64,000 nucleotides of DNA from Planctomycetia bacterium (GTDB lineage Bacteria; Planctomycetota; Phycisphaerae; Phycisphaerales; SM1A02), in contig SXOD01000019.1 in assembly GCA_005776885.1 (NCBI GenBank), forward strand, positions 33,577 through 97,576, in the 5' to 3' direction. A model generated the notes under the pieces. It had not been told where the DNA came from. It was given only the letters and a program-made list of their open reading frames with translations, and made no database searches. Below are positions 18,964 to 26,734 of the stretch, in pieces. The position numbers and the translations under genes are program-made. The stretch's first letter is position 1. Each line of letters begins with the position of its first letter.

Positions 18964-20136
18964 TCAACGGTCCGAGACCGGCACGTACGGCACGCCGTGC
19001 GGCCCGGTGTACTCCGCATGCGGACGGATGAGGCGGTTCCCGTCAAGCTGCTCGATGCAGTGGCCGGTCCATCCGGCCATGCGGCTCATCGCGAAGAGGC
19101 ACGTAAAAAGGTCCAGGTCCAGCCCGAGCGACGCATAGGTCGTCGCGCTGTAGAAATCGACGTTCGGGTAGATCCCCTTCGCGGCCACGGCGTCGTGCAT
19201 GATCGCCTCGATGCGCTTGCTCATCTCGTAGAGCTTCTCGTTCCCCGTGTCGGCCGCGATCTTCTCGGCAAACGTCTTGAGGTACGTCGCGCGCGGGTCG
19301 TACGCCTTGTAGACGCGGTGCCCGAAACCCATCACCTTGTCCTTGCGCGCCAGCTTGTCCTGCACGTAGGCATCCACCCGTTCGACGGAGCCGATCTCGG
19401 CCAGCATGTGCATCACCCCCTCGTTGGCGCCGCCGTGGAGTGGTCCCTTGAGCGTGCCAACGGCCGTCGCCATGGCCGAGTACATGTCGCTCAGCGTGGC
19501 GATCGTCACCCGGGCACCAAATGTGCTGGCGTTCAGGCCGTGATCCGCGTGGAGGACCAGGCAGATGTCCAGCGCGTGCGCCATGGCGGGCGTCGGGTCG
19601 ACGCCGTTGAGCATCCGCAGGAAATCGCGCGCGATCGAGGTCGTTGGGTCGGCCTGGACGATCGGCTTCCCCTTTCGATGGCGGTCGAACGCCGCAATCA
19701 AGCCGGGCGTCCTCGCCACGAGCCGCATGGCCTTTCGAGCGTTGGCCTCGGCCGATGGATCATCGGACTCGGGGTCGTAGAGCCCCAGCGCAGACACGAG
19801 GGTCCGAAGGGCATGCATCGGCGGCGCCGACCGAGGGAATCCGCGGAGCAGGTCGATCACTCCCGGTGGGAGCGGCGCGCATGCGTGGAGTTCACGCTCA
19901 AACTCGCCAAGCTCCTGCGAGGTCGGGAGTCGACGATGCCACAGCAGGAACGTGGTCTCCTCGAAGGTGGAATGCCTCGCCAGCGAGTCGATGTCAATGC
20001 CAACGTATTCCAGCACCCCCTTCTCGCCGTCGATGAACGACAGGCTGGTCTCGGCAGCGATGGTGTTGGCAAGTCCCTTGTCGAAATGGAGCGCGGGGGG
20101 CATCTGGGGGGTAGAGCGTGAGGGGTCAAGGATCAC
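18964..20136 (-). CDS. gltA: Citrate synthase
   Basis: 390 aa with the citrate synthase signature GFGHRVYKAYDPR and typical flanking helices. The longest ORF starts at GTG 20136; an ATG at 20103 is an alternative start. Confidence 0.9.
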   Translation of the reverse strand: MILDPSRSTPQMPPALHFDKGLANTIAAETSLSFIDGEKGVLEYVGIDIDSLARHSTFEETTFLLWHRRLPTSQELGEFERELHACAPLPPGVIDLLRGFPRSAPPMHALRTLVSALGLYDPESDDPSAEANARKAMRLVARTPGLIAAFDRHRKGKPIVQADPTTSIARDFLRMLNGVDPTPAMAHALDICLVLHADHGLNASTFGARVTIATLSDMYSAMATAVGTLKGPLHGGANEGVMHMLAEIGSVERVDAYVQDKLARKDKVMGFGHRVYKAYDPRATYLKTFAEKIAADTGNEKLYEMSKRIEAIMHDAVAAKGIYPNVDFYSATTYASLGLDLDLFTCLFAMSRMAGWTGHCIEQLDGNRLIRPHAEYTGPHGVPYVPVSDR

Positions 20137-20187
20137 CCTGCGCGGCGCGGGGTCGTGTCGGCAAACTCTATAGTAAGGCGCTCCCCC

Positions 20188-21399
20188 ATGATTCCACTTG
20201 GCACCGACAGGGACCCCAGCCGCCCAACTCCCGCCACCTTCTCCATCGCTGCGGCCTGCGTCGTGGTCGCGGTGGTCGCCACGATCCAGCTTCGCGGGGG
20301 GGAGACCGTGCTAGTCGGCGGCGGACCCGTGCCTCGCCTCATTGCGCTGCTCGCGGTGCTCCCGGGACACGGCGCCGAAGTCTGGCGGTGGGCGACGTAC
20401 GCCTTTACCCACGACTGGAATGGCATCTGGCACCTCATCGGCAACATGATCTTCTTGCTGGCGTTTGGACGCGCCGTCGAGAGACGGATCGGATCGTGGG
20501 GATTCGTCGCACTCTTCCTCTCCTGTTCAGTCGCCAGTGGCCTGGTCCAGGCGGCCCTGGAGCCGGCCTCGGTCCTCGTTGGCGCAAGCGGGGCTATCTG
20601 CGGCGTCACCGGCGCCTTCCTGGCGCTCTTCCCCCGCGCCCGCGTCCGATTCCTGAATCTCTTCATCCTGCTGGGAGTCTTCACCCTTCCCGCCCCGGTG
20701 GCGGTGGGACTCCAGGTCTTCTTCGACCTATACGGCTTCCTTGGTGCCAACCAGGGCGTGGCCTACGCGGCGCACCTTGGCGGCTATGTCTCTGGCTTCC
20801 TCGCGATGGTGATCTTGCTCCGGCTGGGATGGCTGCCGCGGACAGAATGGGACATCGTCTATGCCTGGAAACAGCGCGGACGGCGGACGGCCATGCGACG
20901 CGCGGTCGAGGAGAGCCAAAAGGGAGGCGTCTGGCAGCAGCCGGCGGCTCGCCAAGCGCCCCCCGAGCGCATCGAAGCCAGCGGACTCACCAAGACAGCC
21001 TTGGGAACAGGCGTCGCACCCCCGGCACCTCCCGCCCCGGACGCCCCCACCCGGCTCGCGCTGGCCAGGACGGATGACGCCGCTGCGTCCGCGGGATGGT
21101 CTTCACTGCCCGGTGAGTGGCAGGGAAAGTTCACGGGCGCGGAACTGATCCGCATCGGCAATGCGCATGCAGGCGCCCAGCGGTGGGTGGATGCCGTGAA
21201 CGCATGGACCACCGCCCTCCCCAAGCTGGAGGGCGGCGCGCAGGCAGACGACATTCGAGTGCTCGCTGCGCTCATCTCGTGGCGCCGGATCGGCGACCGC
21301 GACTCCGCGTCTCGATTCCTGGATGGACTCCGCGACCGAGCAAGTGAAGTAGCCAAGTCGACGGCCGCCATGCTTCGAGCCGAGATCGCCGCGTCATGA
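20188..21399 (+). CDS. Rhomboid-family intramembrane serine protease with a long C-terminal soluble extension
   Basis: ATG at 20188 inside ORF 20155..21399. Shows WRWATYAFTH, HLIGNM, the catalytic GASGAICG and AHLGGY. This is followed by about 190 aa of helical, TPR-like sequence. Confidence 0.85.
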   Translation: MIPLGTDRDPSRPTPATFSIAAACVVVAVVATIQLRGGETVLVGGGPVPRLIALLAVLPGHGAEVWRWATYAFTHDWNGIWHLIGNMIFLLAFGRAVERRIGSWGFVALFLSCSVASGLVQAALEPASVLVGASGAICGVTGAFLALFPRARVRFLNLFILLGVFTLPAPVAVGLQVFFDLYGFLGANQGVAYAAHLGGYVSGFLAMVILLRLGWLPRTEWDIVYAWKQRGRRTAMRRAVEESQKGGVWQQPAARQAPPERIEASGLTKTALGTGVAPPAPPAPDAPTRLALARTDDAAASAGWSSLPGEWQGKFTGAELIRIGNAHAGAQRWVDAVNAWTTALPKLEGGAQADDIRVLAALISWRRIGDRDSASRFLDGLRDRASEVAKSTAAMLRAEIAAS

Positions 21400-22079
21400 C
21401 TCGCCCATCCGCCGATGGCGATCACGCAGCCAGCCTGGAGGGAATCACCCCTCCTTGGATCAAGGTGTGTGGGCTGCGCGACGCCGAGTTGGGACACGTC
21501 GCAGTCGATGCCGGCGCCAACGTGCTCGGGTGCGTCCTCGCCGAGGGAAGTCCTCGTCAGGTCTCCCTCGACCAGGCGCTCGCCCTGGCTGACCGGTGGG
21601 AGTCGCTCCCCTGCGCCGTGGTCGCCGTCGTCGTCGATCTCGCCGAAAGCGACCCGTTGCTCAAGTCCTGGCGCGGGCCCATCCAGGTGCACGGCACGAT
21701 CGCCGAAGCGGCACTGGAACGGCTGTGGACACGACGGCTTCCGGTCATCGTTGCCGGCCCAGACGCAGGACACCGATCCCTGTTGCTCGCCGGCGCGACC
21801 GTCGAGCCGGCCGCGCGACTCCTGGATCATGCCAACCCAGGGTCTGGGGTCGCCCATGATTGGAGCCGAGTCGGCCAGGCCATCGCCCCATTCCGCACAC
21901 GCGCCATCGTGGCCGGCGGGCTGGGACCCGACAATGTCGCGGAGGCGATCAGCGTCGCCCGGCCAGCAGGCGTGGATGCCTCGAGCGGCTTGGAATCGGC
22001 ACGCGGCACCAAGAGTGAGGCACTCATCCGCGACTATTGCCGAGCGGCGGTCGACGCCTTCCGCAACAGCGGCATGTGA
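21396..22079 (+). CDS. trpF: Phosphoribosylanthranilate isomerase
   Basis: 227 aa. Has IKVCGL near the N-terminus, AGGLGPDNV and VDASSGLE near the C-terminus, as in TrpF. The start overlaps the rhomboid stop (ATGA). Confidence 0.85.
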   Translation: MTRPSADGDHAASLEGITPPWIKVCGLRDAELGHVAVDAGANVLGCVLAEGSPRQVSLDQALALADRWESLPCAVVAVVVDLAESDPLLKSWRGPIQVHGTIAEAALERLWTRRLPVIVAGPDAGHRSLLLAGATVEPAARLLDHANPGSGVAHDWSRVGQAIAPFRTRAIVAGGLGPDNVAEAISVARPAGVDASSGLESARGTKSEALIRDYCRAAVDAFRNSGM

Positions 22080-22097
22080 TGGTGTAGAACTCCGCCC

Positions 22098-22679
22098 ATG
22101 GCCACCTTCATGAAGCACGGACTCCTCGGCTCACTCGCCGCTTTCGTCACCGCTGTTGCATGCACGGGGTGCGACTCCGCTCCCAAGACTCGGGGGGGAC
22201 AGCTGGCACTTCAGTCGGCGGTCAAGTCGGCCATCGCGCAATCCCAAGAAACGGACAGCAGCCTGACGACGTTTTACAGGGACTCCTACGGCTACGTGGT
22301 CTTCCCCGAGGTGGGGACTGGGGCCTTCATCGTCGGCGGCTCGTACGGCGAAGGCATCGTCTTCCAGGACGACAACATGACCGGCTACGCCAACATGACG
22401 CAGGGTTCCATCGGCCTGCAGGTTGGCGGCGCGCAGTTCTCCGAGATGATCTTCTTCAAGGACAAGGCCTCCTACGAGAAGTTCATCGGCGGCCAATGGG
22501 CTCCCAACGCGAACGCCACGGCGACCGCCATCTCCGCCGGCGCGTCCGCCACCGCCGACTACGACCACGGGGTCGCGGTCTTCACCCTGGATCCCAAGGG
22601 GCTCATGGCCTCCGCGGCCATCGGGGCACAGCGATTTGAATTCACGCCGTCTGGGCCGAACGATCCGCCGTTGCGCTGA
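22098..22679 (+). CDS. SYLF (DUF500/Ysc84-like) domain lipoprotein
   Basis: 193 aa. Has a lipobox (VACTGC), then GYVVFPEVGTGAFIVGGSYGEGIVF...GSIGLQVGGAQFSEMIFF, typical of SYLF domains. Confidence 0.7.
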   Translation: MATFMKHGLLGSLAAFVTAVACTGCDSAPKTRGGQLALQSAVKSAIAQSQETDSSLTTFYRDSYGYVVFPEVGTGAFIVGGSYGEGIVFQDDNMTGYANMTQGSIGLQVGGAQFSEMIFFKDKASYEKFIGGQWAPNANATATAISAGASATADYDHGVAVFTLDPKGLMASAAIGAQRFEFTPSGPNDPPLR

Positions 22680-23874
22680 CCGATCCGCTGGTTGATGCGT
22701 GGACGGGGCTCGCGTGGACCCAACTCGCGATCTCCTTCTCCGCTGCACGCCAGTCGGGAGAGAGGCGTATCCGCACGAACTGCTCAAACAGCCCGCGAAT
22801 CGTCCGTTCAAACGTCAGGATTCGATCAACGCGCTGTTCCATCGCCTCGCGCTCGGTTGGCGGCGAGTCTTCATCCCTGGGCAGCGAGAGGCCGGCGACG
22901 GCGAGCGACTCACCGCGGATCGTCGCACGGTAGGCGTCACCACCGATGTCAATGGTCATTCCCATCCGGCGAGGCCACTTCCCGGAAGCCAGGGCCCGGC
23001 GCGTTTCGCGGAGGCGAGTGGGGTATTCCGTGCGGATCGCAGTGGTGCCTGTGGTGTCCCACGCACACGCCAAGTCGAGCACGCGCTCGGGGAGGACCGT
23101 GATCGATTGCCCGTCCAGTTCCAGCGATTCCGCGGACTCCGCGTGCCACCAGAGCCAGACCAGGAATTCGTTGCCGAGGATGTCGCCATGGTCGCCCGAA
23201 CACCACGCGGGGCGCGGCGTTGGCTGTCCGGGATCGACCGGCGTCACGCCAAACGTCGCGGAAGCGAGGTCATCGATCGCCCGTCGGCCGCCCGCTTGGG
23301 CGTCTGCGGCGAGAACGCCTGCGGCGACGGGACCCAGGATCGACCCGAACGATTCCTTGAAGAGCCGGGCGAGCTGGCTGCGCGCCTCGTCGCTGCCACT
23401 CGGCGCGTACACCATTGCGGCAGGGACGTCCCAGAGGATCGGGACCTGCCGCATCGTGCGGTGGTGTCCGCGTGCAATCTCGTCCATGCCCTGCCGATCG
23501 GCAACTGTCTTGGCCTCGGCTCGTTCACGCCGGGACAGCTGGCGGGCACGTTGCTCGCCCGGGAGCGTCGCGCGATAGGCCTCCTCGGCGAGGGCCCGGT
23601 AGGCATGTCGAAGGTCGGCAGGAACACGTGCCACATCGCGGCGCATCGCCGCCGTGACACTCCCGCCGAAGGAGTTGGTTTCCCATCCGAAGGCCAGGTC
23701 CAGGATGTGCCTTCCTCCGATCCACCCGATCGATGGCTCGCCGCCCTGGCCCGCCCCCTCCGGCGAGATCTTGCAGGCTCGGAATGAGTCCCAGAGCGCG
23801 TCCGACCCTGGATCGGGTGCTGGACCGGTCGGACGGAAGCGGGAGTACGAAACGGATCCTGAGCGGAAGGACAT
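22642..23874 (-). CDS. Hypothetical protein, possibly RdgC-like recombination-associated
   Basis: ATG at 23874 inside ORF 22642..23937. The CDS call is solid on length and composition. The RdgC-like assignment rests only on loose resemblance (N-terminal MSFRSGSVSYSRF, GW motifs, FLVWLWW segment). The 3' end overlaps the convergent SYLF gene by 38 nt. Confidence 0.4.
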   Translation of the reverse strand: MSFRSGSVSYSRFRPTGPAPDPGSDALWDSFRACKISPEGAGQGGEPSIGWIGGRHILDLAFGWETNSFGGSVTAAMRRDVARVPADLRHAYRALAEEAYRATLPGEQRARQLSRRERAEAKTVADRQGMDEIARGHHRTMRQVPILWDVPAAMVYAPSGSDEARSQLARLFKESFGSILGPVAAGVLAADAQAGGRRAIDDLASATFGVTPVDPGQPTPRPAWCSGDHGDILGNEFLVWLWWHAESAESLELDGQSITVLPERVLDLACAWDTTGTTAIRTEYPTRLRETRRALASGKWPRRMGMTIDIGGDAYRATIRGESLAVAGLSLPRDEDSPPTEREAMEQRVDRILTFERTIRGLFEQFVRIRLSPDWRAAEKEIASWVHASPVHASTSGSVSATADRSAQTA

Positions 23875-24114
23875 GGCCCCGAAGTCTCCTCGACTCACCC
23901 GTGGGAGGCCCCTCGTGGACACCTTCCGCACAATCACGAAAAATCTGGCGTCGAACCGTGAACTACATCGGCATGCCGGGGCATATCGACCCCCATGTGC
24001 ATTGTGGGTGCGATTTCAGCAGCCCTGCCCGCCGGCCCGTCAGCCGCGTTGATGGCATCGATCGGGGCCGCGTCGCATCGAGGACCGGAGCGTGCTCGCG
24101 ACGCTTCTTCTACG

Positions 24115-24744
24115 ATGGCTGCCATGGCCGCGGAGGCGAAGAAGGACCTTGAGGACATGGAGGATTCCACCCTCCTCCTTGCCCACCAGAGCGGCTCAGA
24201 GCACGCCCTGCGGGTCTTGATTGAACGTTATCGGAACGAGATTTTTGGGTATCTGTATCGCTACACCGGCAATGCGACACTTGCCGAGGACGCTTTTCAG
24301 GAGACCTTTGTGCAAGTGCACCTGGCGGGGCACACGTTTGACCCCACCCGTCCGTTCAGGCCCTGGCTGTACGCGATCGCCACCAACAAGGCCCGCGACC
24401 TCCATCGGCGCTCCAAGAAGCACAAGATGCCGAGCTTGGACGCCCCCATCGGAGAGGACGGCGACACGTCCCCTGCCGCGCTGATTGGCGATGGCGGCCC
24501 CAGCGTCGAGAGCCACCTCCAGCGAGCGGAACTCGCGGGATTGGTCCGCGACACCGTACACACACTCCCCCCACTGCATCGCGAAGTCTTGCTCCTGGGC
24601 TATTTCCAGCGCATGAGCTACCAACAGATCGCCGATGTCCTTGAAATCCCGCTCGGGACCGTGAAGAGCCGCCTGCATGCCGCGGTCGCCCGATTCTCGG
24701 AGATTTGGATGCGCACGAATTCCCACAACGACCTCGAATCATGA
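24115..24744 (+). CDS. ECF RNA polymerase sigma factor
   Basis: ATG at 24115 inside ORF 23995..24744. Region 2 is RYRNEIFGYLYRYTGNATLAEDAFQETFVQV...RPWLYAIATNKARDLHRR. Region 4 is LPPLHREVLLLGYFQRMSYQQIADVLEIPLGTVKSRLHAA. Confidence 0.9.
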   Translation: MAAMAAEAKKDLEDMEDSTLLLAHQSGSEHALRVLIERYRNEIFGYLYRYTGNATLAEDAFQETFVQVHLAGHTFDPTRPFRPWLYAIATNKARDLHRRSKKHKMPSLDAPIGEDGDTSPAALIGDGGPSVESHLQRAELAGLVRDTVHTLPPLHREVLLLGYFQRMSYQQIADVLEIPLGTVKSRLHAAVARFSEIWMRTNSHNDLES

Positions 24745-25856
24745 ACGACGTGCCCAACCAGAGTGACCACCAAGCCACGGATCGCGATGACCCGTGCCTC
24801 TCGCCGGCGGACGCCTCGCTGCTGGATGCGCTCGTCGAACATGGCTGGGATGCCGACAGCATTGCCGATCCGTCGGTGCGTGAACGAGCCACCGCGCTGA
24901 AGGCCCGACTCCTCGGCCCGCTTGGGCTGATCGCCGACCGCATGGACGTGTCCGAGGACAGCGCGCCGCCCGATGACCTGCTGGTCGATGCGACCCTGGC
25001 CCGCATCGGGCAAGAGGACGCCCGGCGCCGCGAACGGCTGCAGGTGGATGCACCCAAACGATCCCGCGCCGGACTCGGCATCCGCATCCCCGACTTCATC
25101 ACCGTGGCGGCACTGCTCCTGCTGGGCATTGCCATCCTGTTCCCCATGGCCAATCGCGTGCGCCACACCGCCGACCTGACAGCGTGTGCCGCCAACTTCG
25201 CCGACCTCTTCCAGGGTTTTGACTGCTACGCCAATGACCACAACGGCTACGCGCCGACCGCTGAGCTCTTCGGGCCATTGTTCGACCAGCCACGCGCCGA
25301 GGGATTGGATGCCGATGACGAGACCATCGAAGCGGGCGCCTCCGCCTGCTTGCACACCCTGGAATCACGCGGATACTGCCACGGGACCTGCACAAAGTGC
25401 GGCGGAGTCAACCCGGTCTCCATCCGGATTCCGATGCACCGCCGCCATCTCGTGCTTGCCTTCCAAAAAGACACCCCGCTGGCTGCCGATGCCAATCCAT
25501 TCATCTGCAAGCTGCGGAAGGGAGATCGCATTTGCGCCGAGTCTCGCGGTTGCCGTCTCATGGGCCAGCCCTGTGGAGCCGATGCGGCGCGTGAATCCAT
25601 GCCCACCTGCGGACAGGTGCTGGCCGGTGGGTTCCGGGTTGTTGACCCCGACTCGAATTCGCCGAACCATGGTGGCCTCGGGCAGAACCTGCTGGGTGGT
25701 GACGGTTCCGTCCGGTGGATCACCACCCCGGTCCTCCTGGGACAGGGGCACGCGGAGAGCGACAACATCTGGCTGCCCCGGGGCATGGATGGCGTCGAAC
25801 GACTCCAGTTCTCCGGGCTTCGCGAAGACCCCTTTGAGATCGTGCTGGCGCACTAG
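24741..25856 (+). CDS. Anti-sigma factor with a single TM helix and a DUF1559/H-X9-DG-like extracytoplasmic domain
   Basis: ATG at 24741 overlaps the sigma stop (ATGA). It has an N-terminal cytoplasmic segment (LSPADASLLDALVEHGWD). The TM helix resembles a prepilin N-terminus (DFITVAALLLLGIAILFP) and is followed by TACAANFADLFQGFDCYANDHNG. The C-terminus has SPNHGGLGQNLLGGDGSVRWIT. Confidence 0.7.
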   Translation: MNDVPNQSDHQATDRDDPCLSPADASLLDALVEHGWDADSIADPSVRERATALKARLLGPLGLIADRMDVSEDSAPPDDLLVDATLARIGQEDARRRERLQVDAPKRSRAGLGIRIPDFITVAALLLLGIAILFPMANRVRHTADLTACAANFADLFQGFDCYANDHNGYAPTAELFGPLFDQPRAEGLDADDETIEAGASACLHTLESRGYCHGTCTKCGGVNPVSIRIPMHRRHLVLAFQKDTPLAADANPFICKLRKGDRICAESRGCRLMGQPCGADAARESMPTCGQVLAGGFRVVDPDSNSPNHGGLGQNLLGGDGSVRWITTPVLLGQGHAESDNIWLPRGMDGVERLQFSGLREDPFEIVLAH

Positions 25857-25887
25857 GCGGGGGTGGGGAGGGCAACGGCACACAGCC

Positions 25888-25916
25888 TTGCCGCGAGAGC
25901 CACCCCCTGCTACACT
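25888..25916 (+). promoter_or_regulatory. Candidate sigma-70-type promoter for rpmI-rplT
   Basis: TTGCCG (25888-25893), a 17-nt spacer, then TACACT (25911-25916), about 30 nt upstream of the rpmI ATG. Motif match only. Confidence 0.3.
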
Positions 25917-25945
25917 GCTCGGCTCCCCCAAAGAGGGGTCCAGCC

Positions 25946-26221
25946 ATGCCCAAGAACAAGTCGCACAAGGGCCTGCTCAAGCGGGTCAAGATCACCAAGA
26001 GCGGTAAGGTCCGCTTCAAGGCGCCCCACGGGCGGCATTTGAAGAGCAACAAGACCGGTACGCAGGTGCAGTCGTACCGCAAGAGCCGTTACGCCCGTGG
26101 CGGCAACCTCAAGGAACTCAAGAAGCTCCTCTTCCGGCCGCTTCGGTCGCAGGAGCAGCACGAAGCTGCCATCGCAGCGCGCGAGCGCGCTGCGGCGAAG
26201 GCCGGCGAGAGCGCCAACTGA
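25946..26221 (+). CDS. rpmI: 50S ribosomal protein L35 (with C-terminal extension)
   Basis: Starts MPKNKSHKGLLKRVKITKSGKVRFKAPHGRHL, typical of L35. At 91 aa it is about 25 aa longer than usual (Ala/Glu-rich tail). Confidence 0.9.
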   Translation: MPKNKSHKGLLKRVKITKSGKVRFKAPHGRHLKSNKTGTQVQSYRKSRYARGGNLKELKKLLFRPLRSQEQHEAAIAARERAAAKAGESAN

Positions 26222-26328
26222 TTATTTCGGTCGTCCGTTTCCTGTTTCACACCCGCCTGCCGGGCCCCAAGCGCTGATCGGCCACCTGCCGCCAGCCCCC
26301 GTCAAGGCAAACTTCAAGGAGTGCCACC

Positions 26329-26688
26329 ATGGCACGTGCACGCAAGGGCGCAGCCCGCACCCAAGCCCGCCGCAAACTGCTTCGCGAAGCTCGCGGCTAC
26401 TACGGAACCAAGAGTCGCCACAAGCAACAGGCCAAGGTCGCGCTCATGCGCGCCGGCCGGAACGCTTGGCGTGACCGCCGCGCCCGCCGACGCGAGATGC
26501 GCAGCCTCTGGATCACGCGCATCACCGCGGCCTGCCGGATGAACGGCACTCGATACAGCATCTTCATCAACGGCCTCAACAAGGCGTGTTGCTCGCTCAA
26601 TCGCAAGATGCTCTCGCAGATCGCGATCGAGGACCCGACCACCTTTGAAACGCTCGTGAAGACCGCCAACGCCGCACGCGCGGCTTGA
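26329..26688 (+). CDS. rplT: 50S ribosomal protein L20
   Basis: Shows MARARKGAARTQARRKLLREARGYYG...WITRITAACR...YSIFINGL...LNRKMLSQIAI, typical of L20. AAGGAG lies upstream. Confidence 0.95.
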   Translation: MARARKGAARTQARRKLLREARGYYGTKSRHKQQAKVALMRAGRNAWRDRRARRREMRSLWITRITAACRMNGTRYSIFINGLNKACCSLNRKMLSQIAIEDPTTFETLVKTANAARAA

Positions 26689-26734
26689 GTCGGTCGACCA
26701 CGTCGATCGCGCGTCGAGGCGTAGCCTCCCGTCG

